Positions 48,601-59,962 of a DNA stretch of 64,000 bases are shown here, in pieces. The stretch comes from Octopus sinensis. Taxonomy: Eukaryota. The notes beneath the pieces were generated by a model. The model was not told the DNA's origin. It worked only from the letters and a program-made list of their open reading frames with translations, and did no database searches. The position numbers and the translations under genes are program-made. Each line of letters begins with the position of its first letter. The stretch's first letter is position 1. Location of the stretch: NCBI RefSeq assembly GCF_006345805.1, contig NC_043008.1, positions 23,064,001 through 23,128,000 on the forward strand, in the 5' to 3' direction.

Positions 48601-50149
48601 ATCTCAGCTTAATTATTCTATTTCATACTCTGACACCTTATTTACTTTATTTAATCATGCCTCATGGCAATACACATAAACCAGTCACTCCATTGCTTTT
48701 ACTCATCCACAAGAATTTTTGATTGCTGCTTCTTGAGAAATTTGGCAGAGTCCCTTCCATTTTGCCAGTTGTACATATCACCAGCAACTACACACTTTCA
48801 CCAGATTTACCTTATATTGTGTCTATATTGATGGTGGTAGCCCTAAGGCTTTGGAATTGACAGGAAAAGGTAAATTTATGGTAGTACTGCTGTTTGTTCC
48901 TATTGCTGTGTGTGAAGGGAATAAGAAGACTTGTACCTGGCTTGCCAACAATCAGAAGATTCATGACCTTTCATTTAATTCACTATCCATTGGTCAATCG
49001 TCAGTGCTATTACAATTAGCAATTATTATTATTTATAATTGTTGTAAGTGCAGTTAGTGTGAGTGTGTGTGTGAGTTGTATAGCTGCAGACCCTTGATAT
49101 GTGAGGGAGGATACTTATCAGAGCTTTGTACAAGATAAGATACTGACAGCCTCAAAAGGAGATTAAAGCCATGTTACAAACTAGGGGCATGAATGAGGAT
49201 AAATATCTGGCATTTGGTGGTGAGGTGGAGGTAGTCATATCTTCAGCTAGCCAGCATATCTATATGGCAGTGAGCTTGAAATCACCAGGATTTATTGTGA
49301 GAAAAAGGAGGGTAAGACATTACATGCATGTTAGCAAAGAAAAGTTCGAATATTTATGTTTCTAAAGCATCAAAGAAAAAGGTTGATTGAAGTACTAAAT
49401 TAAGTAATTTTGTTTTGTCATGAAAAAGATCATGTTTTTGTGTTTTTGATTTTTGCAGAGTCAGAACTTCAAGTACCCAGGTAAAAATGTCTCTGTTTAT
49501 TAGTGGATATAGAAGAGGAGATAAATAAGGTGAGGTGGGGAACAAAGAGACATTGAAAAATTTAAGTAAGCAGATCCTTAAGGATAATAACAAAAGTAAC
49601 TTCTAGTTAATCCATACTTTGTGTCTGTGTGCAATAAACTCACAAGTAGTGTATCATAGAATGAAAGTTCATGTGGTGAAAGTTGTAAAAGCCCACCCCT
49701 TTAATGTTTTAGAGGCATTTGGTGAGGGTTCTGAATATAAACAAGCAACATACCCATTACACAAAGTGGTTAGATGAGCTATGGAGTGAGTACTGTACAA
49801 ATGTTTCTCTCAAAATATCCACAGCGAAACTCTCCTGACCATTTTTGTAAAACTGTTGAATGAGAAATCACTTGGGAGGGATCTGATAGTTGGTTATTGG
49901 AATAGAAAGCTCATTCTACCAAACAACCCTTGTTAACATGTTCAAAAGAGCAATAAATGCTGAGATAAATGTGTTAAATTGGTTGGCAGTTACACATACA
50001 AAGCTTGAGCTAAAAACCAGGAAATGCATGGAATGAAAAACTACAAGCACATAGTGCTTGAATACTATTTCTGACCATTGGCCGAGTAAACGTGTGGAGA
50101 CAGCCAAAAGAAGCATTTGACCCAGACTGCCTTCTTTAAACTGTTAAAT

Positions 50150-50685
50150 ACAGAGGAGTATCTGTGATGATCTGGTGGAGCTATATCTTGGAAATCTGCC
50201 GGCCCAATGGTTTCCCCTCATGGCAGAATTAATAGTCAAAACTATTTAAGCATTTTATCTGATCAAATTCATTCTATGGTTGTGGAACTGCTTCTGGAGG
50301 GAAACACATCCTTTCAGGATGATAATGCATGCACCAATTCACAGAGCTAAAGTTGTTACTGAATGGCATGAGGAACATTCTTGTGAAGTTGAACATCTTA
50401 TCTGGCCACCACAGTCCCCATATCTCAATATTATTGAACATTTATGGTGCATTTTAGAAAAACAAGTAAGGAGTTGATATCCTCCACCATCATCACTACG
50501 AGAACTAGAGATTGTTTTAGCTGAAGAATGGACAAAAATTCCTCTGGAAACAATTCAAACTTTGTATTAGTCCATACCTCGTAGAATTCAAGCAGTAATT
50601 ACTGCCGATGGTAGTCCTACCCCATATTAAAATAAATTTGTTTGAAATTTTAAGGTGTTTCCATTATTTTGTCCAACCCCTGTAA
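50150..50685 (+). mobile_element. Tc1-like transposon 3' half
   Basis: FQDDNAPIH, WPPQSPYLNIIEHLW, SIPRRIQAVI..G.PT.Y; TIR end ttttgtccaacccctg|ta. Confidence 0.88.
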
Positions 50686-51089
50686 CTCTTCTCTAATTTG
50701 CATATTCGAGGGAAAAAACAAATACAATTTGCTTCATTGAGAAGGGCACTGACTTTAAAGGTAAGTGGTTAGCTGTAAAAATATTGCTCTCATCAAAATG
50801 TATCTCAAATGTACTAGCAAAAACAAGACAGTATCCCTTCATTGCTCATTTAAGATTTAAATGCTTTCATCATGTAGGTCAAGGGGCAGTCCTAGTTGCA
50901 GGATATGAATCATAACTTCTGAGTTGTTAGTTACTCTCTATCAATTTCACCACCTACTGATCATGCACCCCACCACACACACACTCATAGATATCTGTAT
51001 GTTTACATATATGCACAAACATTCACATTAAAATGATATCTGAAGATTTCATTCTTTACAGACTTGTTTTTGTTTTTTTTCTTGTTTAG

Positions 51090-51179
51090 GAGACACCTGG
51101 TTCAGGACAAAAAGTTATTGTTGGTACTACAGTTGAACCTCTGGTCAGTCTTCCCAAACAGAATCGCTTTGACCCATTG
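51090..51179 (+). CDS. Host gene internal exon (90 nt, phase 0/0)
   Basis: Long polypyrimidine tract plus tttag acceptor, TTG|gtaagt donor, frame ETPGSGQKVIVGTTVEPLVSLPKQNRFDPL; joins in frame with 47769-47888. Confidence 0.8.
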
Positions 51180-52089
51180 GTAAGTAATGACCTATATTCC
51201 CAATATTTGGGAATAATATTTAGTAATATATCTGTGGAACAATGTTCTGGAATAGAAAACTGAAACAATCAATTTCTTTTGTAATGCCAGGTTGACAATA
51301 TTTAATGCTTCATACTGGTGATACTTTTACATTTCATCAAGGCTGCATTTCAGTGTCTGGATTGCTTTCATATCTAGAATGATGCACCTAACACACAAAT
51401 GACACAAAAACACACAGACACAAAGTCACACACACATACACACACACACACAGAGCTGCACATATGCAGTCATACACATACACATGTGCACATGCACACA
51501 CAGAGTCACATACACACATACACAGTCTCACATGCATACACACATACAGTCTTACACATACACACACACACACAAACATGTGTGCATATGTGCACACACA
51601 CACACAAACGCATACATGCACACACACACTGCATTGCAATGTTTGCTCTGCCAATCTATTACATCTAATCTTTCTAAGCAGGTACCTGTCCACCTTAGCT
51701 AGTTTCTTCCAGCTTCACCTCGTCCATTACTATACTTCCTTTTCTCTTTTCGTGTCTTTTTGTAAGCATTTCTCCATTCTTTCTTCTTCAGATAAACACC
51801 ATTCTGCAAAATCTTTATAGCATATATTTTCATCTCAACAATATCTGTCTTGAAACAGTTCAAAAAGAAACCCTAACCTTGCTAAATATACCCAGTTAAC
51901 CAATTGCTTAGGGTATATTGGAAAATCTAAGAATACTATGGGCTTTCCTATTTCTCTTCTTACTGACCAAAAATACTGAAGATATTGTAAAATCAACTGA
52001 ATGTAACAATGTCATTATTATAGAATCTCTTCTTTTTTAAGGAGAGGCAGTTATAACTGTCCTAGATTATTGTAATTTTAGTATATCAT

Positions 52090-52540
52090 CACTAAAGATC
52101 TAATAAGCTGACCTAGTGGGTAGTGCCAATATTGAGAAAAGGAAAATTTTGAACCAGATGCATTGGGCTGATCATGTTGTCAGAATAGATGATGTAAAGA
52201 TACCTGAATAGATCGTTTTATGAGAAGCTGACCAAAAGGAAAAGGCCACAGCATAAATTAAGGAAGCGATTTAAGGATGTTATAAAAAGCAATCATACAG
52301 CTTTGGAGATAGCTGTGGATAACTGGAAGACTTCGGCTGGAAACCATGCATTATAGAGAAAGATTGTTAAGAATAAATGTGATGTCTTTCAAAAAAGCTT
52401 TGAAGCACTCACACTGTAAGCAAGATTCAAGTACAGTGTCTGCAAAACCCAACTAGAATTGAAGTGTAATGTGTGTAGACATTTTCCTTTCTTAAGAGCT
52501 GAATTAGTCAACCACCTAAACTTGCATGAATTAGGGAGAA
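52090..52540 (+). mobile_element. RTE (BovB-like) 3' end remnant
   Basis: QMHWADHVVRIDD.KIP..KRFKDVIK..CNVCRHF..ELVNHL. Confidence 0.7.
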
Positions 52541-52704
52541 ACCAAACAACTTGTGGGATGGTTTTACTGCCACGTTCCCTGCAGTACATTTGTAATGAGG
52601 GTGGTTTAATTAATCTGCAAGTCAGCTGGCAGTCTGATCAGAGTAAAATACAATAAGTCACAACTCAACTGGTGATGCCAGAATACAGAGTGACCTGACT
52701 TTTC

Positions 52705-54520
52705 ATTTGATGTCATTTTGTCCCATGTCACTTTGTTCATGTCTTTTCATCCAACGTCTTTTTGTCCAATGATTTTTTGTCCAATTTTAAATAAACTCTT
52801 TAAAAAAGAAGGTGAACATAAAAATCAAATAATCATTGAGAATTTTATTGATAGGATTCAAGTAAAATACTGTGGAAAATGTATTTAAAAAAGTCATTTT
52901 AAAAAAGTAAGAAGATAAAATTAATGATTTATTATGATCACTTAAAATTGATGCAAATTATACACCACACTCTTCAAAAAATCATTTTTTCTTGTTGACA
53001 GTGAACAATCTTTTGAGCATTCAGTTATTCTTTGATATTGTGTACATGAATTTGACAGATCCTCTCGAAGAATTTGAGTCATTTTACCTTGAACAAACCT
53101 TTCCTCTTTCTTCAGAATTTTGATTAATTTCCAAATATTCAAATGTGCTCCACCTGCTGAATGCTTTATCACAGAATAAAATAGTTCTCTCCTTCATTTA
53201 GCACCATGTCCTCTCACAATGCCTATGTAAGTCAAGTCAAAGTAAGTGATGAATTCAGCAGGTATTTCTTCATCGTCTATTAATTCTTCATATAGACCTC
53301 TTTGACATCTTCAATGGTAGGAAGGCTAATGCTGAAAAACATTGAATTTTAAGATAGAATTCAGAGTTTTTATTGTATTTTTCTTTGAGGCCTAAATCTG
53401 TTATCTTTCAAAATACTGATTGGCTCAAATGAAACAAACTATATATGAATTAGGGAATGATGAATTAAATGCCTTATGAACTGCAACTTCGAAATCTGCC
53501 ATGAGATCAAGTGCGAAAAATAATTTGTATGTCTGCTTTGTTTTATTTGACAGTAATGCAAAGACTCGTGGAAAACTGCTACCTTTAACTTGTACATGAA
53601 TGCTAAACAGTTGAAACCAGTGCGCTAGCACAGTTTTGAACGTTCCATCACATGCCCAATGGTGATATGATGCTATATCCTGAAGAGCACTTTCTGATAG
53701 AAATACTAGAATGCACTGTTGATCCTTTATATCCAATTCTTAACTCAGAAACTGTTTGCCATTATCAAGTTTACAATATTCTTCAGGTATTTCAAAATCA
53801 ATTCTAGCCCCTAGGTTGGCAGGAAATTCAGAATTTTTTTGTTGGCACCTTTGAATAATTCTGGAAAGTACAAGCAAAGGAGGAAGTTGAGAGCAAGTAT
53901 TTTCTGTTAGCTGTGTAAACTTAGCTGCCATTATGCTACACGGACTTGCTGCTATGTTTTCCACCACTTCATGCTTTATTTCTGCGACTGCTTTTCTACC
54001 ATTTAATGAATCTACATCAGCAGGATGACGGTGCTCACAAGAAAAATAAACTACTTTTGGCTCATTGTTTTCTGTTACCATGTGAATTTGTACTGAACAC
54101 AGCCTTCTTTTCTCACATATCCAGTATTCTTTTCTTAATTTTGTATTTTTTGAATGAAAATCGTAGATGTAATTACTTTCATCAACTACTTTCCTTTTGT
54201 TTTTGGTCAGTACTACGGATTTTGTCATTTTGGGATGGGTAAATTAAAAATGTGTACACTAAGTTTGCAGCACTCTCTATACATAGCACCATACTTAAGA
54301 AAGAGAAGGAAAAAGAGAAAGTAAAACTGTTAACAGAGAAGGAAAAAGAATGATAATAACAGTCCTCTAATGAGGCTCATTATAGTTCTGTGAATATATC
54401 ATTAGAGATATTTCACCTTGTTTTCTAAAACATTTATTTAAAATTGGACAAAAAGTCGTTGGACAAAAAAGTCGGACGAAAAGATGTTGGACGAAATGAC
54501 GCTGGACAAAAAGACATAGC
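52705..54520 (-). mobile_element. MULE (Mutator-like) transposon with FLYWCH-type zinc finger, degenerate
   Basis: YIYDF..YWICE..C..H.H (53740..54228), WACDGTFK..QLFSIH..DFE (53425..53736); terminal arrays of ttgtccaa / ttggacaa in inverted orientation. Exact termini and TSD not resolved. Confidence 0.85.
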
Positions 54521-55160
54521 ACCGAATACAAGCAGCTCAATTGTTACTTTTGTGAGTGTTCTTGCAGAATTGAAGCTAGGTTAAAGACTCTCCTGTGTGC
54601 ACATTATTGTGCAAGTTCAGTGAAGTGATGGCACTCTTCTGACAAAAAGGAGCAATCACACACACACACACACATACATGCATGCATGCACACATACAAA
54701 GCACTCATGTATGTGTGTGTGCATGTGCATGCACATGCACACACACTTCATTTAAATGGCTCTAAGGAAGCTAATATACTGCATGAGCTCTGTGAGCATA
54801 GGCTTCTTATAGCAGAAACATTTCTAAGTTAATGAAAGTAATTGCATAATTCCTGTTCTTTTGTTATTAATTGATATGTATGTGTATATATGTGTGTGTG
54901 TGTGTGTGTGTATTTCTGTCTCCTTGTTTTGATATCACATGACAGTTGTAAATTAGTATCTCCATTGTACAAGCAGTGCCATTCATTTCTAACCTTCCAG
55001 GAAAATATGTTCAACCACGAGAAAATATTAACTTACTTGAAAACAGGTGGGGGTTAGCAGCAGAAAAGGAAGCCAACCAACAGATTCTCCCTGACACATG
55101 CAAGCATTGTTAAAGCAGTGATAGTGATGAAGATGTGTGTGTGTTATGTGTGCACATATA

Positions 55161-55666
55161 TCTATATATATAAAACTCTAGTTGTGTGAGTGTCTGTCCC
55201 CTTCGATTTAGATTCCTAACTCCTCCCACATTTTGCGGTGCAGTTTAACCAAATTCGGGTATCTTATAGTCGTGATTCATATCGAGCCCGTCTGACTATT
55301 AGCGCGCGTCAACGATGAGTCTACGATTTTAAAAATAATTTAACATCATTTTTTATTCCATTTTAATGCATAAAATGCATCATATGTCGATGGCGGCGGA
55401 GTTGGCGTCCACGCTCACAGCTGCACCTGTTTGCTTCTCCCCCTTCCCTCCCTCGTGAAGCTGTGGGGAAGGGAGTGTAAAGAAATCAACGTCGTAATGC
55501 GTTGTGAAGGAAACCAGCGTTCTTTTAGAACAACGACTTCATGGCTTGAAGACACCAAAACAAAAATGGCTAAGAAAGCCCGAATTTATAAAGGAAGTAA
55601 CTCTCTAAAAATGCTTATATAGTTATTTCCCTTACAAACCCGAGCAACGCCGGGCGATACTGCTAG
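55161..55666 (+). mobile_element. Non-autonomous Helitron
   Basis: A|TCTATATATATAAAA start, hairpin cccg-agcaacgc-cggg (55639-55654), CTAG|T end. Confidence 0.85.
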
Positions 55667-55728
55667 TCTATATATATAATTGATGAGCTCAGTAGCAGGT
55701 TTTGCATAATTTTATATGGATGGCTTAA

Positions 55729-55943
55729 CACTTTAACATTCAGATTACTCTGTCAAATGTAATGCTTATGTATTCATAGTTTTGAATTAATCATACATTA
55801 TCTCATAGTTTTTTAGGTTTTGATGTGATTATTTAATTTTAGAATGACATTATAGGATAGGTGTGAGAGCCTGATCTAGTCAGTTTGAGCATAAAACGAG
55901 TAGAATATTTGGACCTGATATAGCTGGTTTGAATGCTAAGAGG
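55729..55943. mobile_element. piggyBac-like MITE
   Basis: TTAA at 55725-55728 and 55944-55947; imperfect TIRs cactttaacattca / tgaatgctaagagg. Confidence 0.6.
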
Positions 55944-56341
55944 TTAAGCTGTCGCTATCATGTGCAATCAAACATACATGTGAATATAAACAATTGTCTT
56001 AACCTCTCCTTGGACAAAAAAAGGGGATCAATACAACCACTTTCTGTCCCACATGAACAACTCTTTTGAAATGGCATAAATTACCAGAGAAAGATTATAC
56101 ATATTGTTACTACGAGCAAGTATGTCACCAATCAGAAAATTCAATTTATGTTTACTTAGTTTTTGGAAAATTAATTCTTAATGCACAAAGCAGCTTATTC
56201 TGCATAAAATTATAAAGTATACTTTACATGATTTTAGCTGTTTTTAAGTGCTTTTGACCACATTGATTAAGATCTTTGTTGCATTTGACCAGACCTACAA
56301 GCAGAAGGATCAAAATGTAGTTTCATGGATTTCAGGGAATA

Positions 56342-56540
56342 TCCTCCTCCTCCTCCTCCTCCTCCTCCTCCTCCTCCTCCTCCTCTTCCTTCCCCTCCTC
56401 CCCTCCTCCCCATCCTCCTCCTCCATATTTCTCCCCCTCCTCCTCCTCCTCCTCCTCCTCCCAATCTCCTCCTCATCCACATCTCCCCATCCCCTTCCCC
56501 CCGCCTCCTCTGCAGTCGTCACCACCACCACCAACAACAA
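56342..56540. repeat. (CCT)n microsatellite / low-complexity tract
   Basis: Pure and degenerate CCT runs followed by CAC/CAA runs. Confidence 0.9.
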
Positions 56541-57557
56541 TAACAACACTGTTTTTGATGGAATTCTTTAAGGCTCTGTGGTCTTTCCTATTTACCATTT
56601 TTCATTTGTTTCCAAGCAAAATAATAGTATTACCATAGCAAAGACTAAGATTCTAATAGACAAAAAACTCTTCTCTCCCTGACATGTCAGGTATTCCTCC
56701 TGTCAATCTATGGTACTGCATGGTCACTCTATTCACATTCAAGAAAAAAAAAATTATCATATACCCTCCCAAACGGTCTCCTCACTGAACTACTCTCATT
56801 ACTTATCATGCCTATCCACACTATTCCAACCAATTATCCCCTTTCTGTGCCTTCAACTAGTACCCTTTACCCCTTCTGCTACACTCTATTCTAAACACCT
56901 CTTATCTGCTATCATTCTCAATACCTTCTCATATCTACCATCATTACCCACCCACTATAGCCCCTTATGTACTGTTATCTCTTCTCTTCAGCTCATACAC
57001 CTTACACATCATTCTACAACATCCACTCTCTCATCCCCTCCAATGATCTACTATCCTCGTCCATTCTTGTGCCCACCTTGTTCCTTAAGAGTTTGTTTTA
57101 GCACCCATCATTAACTTACTCTTATCTCCTTTGCTCATATATCTCCTCTATTGCAAGACACTATCATACTTTAACCTTTTGACACATGTTGTATTTCTCC
57201 ACCTTTCTTTCCCAAATACTTATTAGCTTTTCCTTATCTTTTTCTGTCTTGCAACCTCACTTACAATTACAAGGCAACCTCACTTGTGCCAGTGGCATGA
57301 AAAAAGCACCCAATAATTCTGTAAAGTTGTGTTGGTGGTACAAAAAAAGCCTCAGGTACACTCTATTAAATGGATGGTACTATGAAAGGCATAGAGCTAG
57401 AGAAACCATGCCAAATGAAATTGGAGCTCAATGCTATCCTGCAGCTTCTGCTTCCTTGTCAAAGCAGCCTACCTATGCCAGCATGGAAAGTGAATATTAA
57501 ATGATTATGATGACAATGATGGCATGCAGGGTGAGGAAAAAGGGATAAAGACATATG

Positions 57558-58846
57558 TATAAGGGTTACCCAAAAGAAACTGGAATTTTATTCACTTAGT
57601 TTTACATGTTTACACTTTTATTGCCTTCAAAGTATTCTCCATTTGAAGCAATGCATTGGTCCAGACACATTTTCCACTGTTCAAAGCAGTCCTAGAACTC
57701 TTGCAAAGTGATGCTTTTTAATACTGCTGTCATTTTTTCTCTTCATCTCTTCCACATTTGCAAAACGTTTTCCTTTAAGGACTTTTTTCATTTGGAGGAA
57801 CAAAACAAAGTTGCAGGGAGCAAGATTGGGTGAATAGGGAGGGTGGGTAAATGGGGTCATGCCATTTTTGGTCAAAACCTATCTCACAGTCAAGGCGTTG
57901 TGCAAAGGTGCATTGTCATGATGAAACCATCACTCTCCACTTTGTCACAGGTTGGGCGTTTTCATCTCACCATGTCTTACAAATGCTTCAGAACTGCAAG
58001 TGTCTGGTTAACAGTTTGACCTGGAGGAACAAATACTGTGTGGACAATTCCTTTTGCATCGATGAAACAAATCAGCATCAGCTTGACATTGGACTTCACA
58101 TGATGCACTTTTTGGGAGTGTGGTGACATTGAATGTTTCCATTGATTTGGTTGCTGCTTTGTTTCTGGGTTGTAGCCTTAGCACCAGCTTTTGTCACCAA
58201 TGATGACCTTTGAAAAAAGGTCTGGATCAACTTTCAGCTGTTTTTTCAGTTTACAACATGCATTCAGTCATGACTGCTTTTGATTTTCCATGAGCAAGTG
58301 AAGCACAAATTTTGCTGCAACTCCTTGCTCCAAATTCGTTGTCAGGAGCCCCATAACACACCAGTCATATCAACAAGTTCATCAGTTGTTTGGTGACAGT
58401 CCTCCAACATCCGTTCATGAGTTTTCATGATGTTTCCATTTGTGCAGGAGGTCGACGGTCGTCCTGAATGAGGTTAGTCTTCAAACAATAAGTGACCATT
58501 CCTAAAGTGTGAAAACCACTTGTAAACTTTTGTTTTGCTCATGGCAGCATCCTTGTAAGCTGTTTGAAGTATGACAACAATTTTGGCTGCTGTTTTCCCC
58601 AGCAGAAAGCAGAATTTCATGGAAGCACGCTGTCCCTTCATTTCACCCATCACAAAAATCAATGAACAGAGGAAAAGCAATGCAAAACAAAGATGAACCA
58701 TGTGACAGTATGACTTCAATTGATGCCACCATTTGGCAGACTGATCTCTGAGGGTTGCATCAAGGGGCTTCTAATGGTGGAAGCCTGAACTACAATGGGC
58801 TTGTCCCACAGAAAATATTTCTGGTTACTTTTGGGTATGCCTTCAT
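57558..58846 (-). mobile_element. Mariner-type transposon, degenerate
   Basis: QRASMKFCFLLGKTA..KVYKWF HTH; HPPYSPNLAPCNF; TIRs around gggttacccaaaag..aac. Confidence 0.88.
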
Positions 58847-59167
58847 ATTTATGTATGTTTCTATTTATCTATTTGACCATCTATCTGATTGTTTGTCAAT
58901 CTGTTTGTTTGTCTGTTTGGCTGTCTGTTTTGCATATGTGTCATTTTTAGTATACTTGTTCATTTTACAAACCTTAGAGCATATTTATAACTGCAAGATT
59001 TAGTATTATAGAATAAAAGAATTTAACTGTATACTTATTTAAATTGCAGTTATATTTATGGTTTGAAAATAAGTTTATACTTAATATATTAAAGAAAACT
59101 TTAGGTATATTTGTCCTGCAGTTTACATGGAAGGCACATTAAATAATGTTGCTTTTCTTTTTCTTAG

Positions 59168-59214
59168 TTCAATATGGCTATCTATTTTGTAAGTGGTAGT
59201 AATGTTCAATGGAG
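59168..59214 (+). CDS. Candidate host exon (47 nt; alternative donor after 59188)
   Basis: ttttctttttcttag acceptor and GAG|gtatgt donor; phase-0 frame FNMAIYFVSGSNVQW is the only open frame and would follow ..RFDPL. Confidence 0.5.
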
Positions 59215-59599
59215 GTATGTCATAATTACCCTTTATAAGTTTTCTTGAACATGTGTAGTTTGAGTATTCAGTTTCAGAAATGTCAGAATGAATTATATTA
59301 TTTTCTATCCTACCTTTTTGGTTAGTTTTTAGCTTGTGCAGTGTCCATTTGTTTCATTTTTATTCTTAAGTTTTGTATATCTTTTATCTTTAACTTGTTT
59401 CGGTCATTGAACAGTGGCTATGCTGAAGCACTGTTTTGAAGGGTTTAGGCAAACAAATCAACTCCAGTAGATTTTTTTTAGCTTGGTACTTATTCTATCT
59501 GTCCCTTTTGGTGAACTATTAAGTTGTGGGGATGTAAACAAAACAACACTGGTTGTTAAGTGATGGAGGCAGGGAAAACTAACACAAAGATACACACAC

Positions 59600-59770
59600 A
59601 CCTATACATGATGGGCTTCCATGCAATTTCTGTCATTCAGATTCACCCACAAGGCATTGGTCAGCCTGGTGCTATAGTAGAAGAAACTTGACTGAGGTGG
59701 CGTACAGTGAACTGAATCCGAAATCATGTGATTATGTAGTTGTGAAGTGAGCTTCTTAACCACACCACCA
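59600..59770 (-). mobile_element. tRNA-related SINE head
   Basis: Minus strand ggcatggtggtgtggttaagaagctc..ttcggattcagttcactg; same family as 63430 and ~27050. Confidence 0.6.
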
Positions 59771-59962
59771 TGCCTGTGTTTAATTTTATTATAGGTTTTA
59801 TTTGTATGTTTGGCTCTGTAATCACTCTCAATACTTTTAGATTGGCTATTTTCATTTTGCTGTGTCTTGGGAGAGTCATTATGCCAATAATAAAAACATA
59901 CACACAGGTTCAATTCCACTTCTTTATTGATAGTCAACTGGTTAAATATCTAATCAACAAAC

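Noticed and set aside
50711-50760. Strong donor AAG|gtaagt suggesting an extra exon
   Set aside because: Weak acceptor, stop codon in phase 0, and incompatible with the flanking phase-0 exons.
56325-56543. Poly-proline ORF resembling a formin FH1 domain
   Set aside because: Monotonous (CCT)n microsatellite open in several frames on both strands; no FH2 or convincing splice context.
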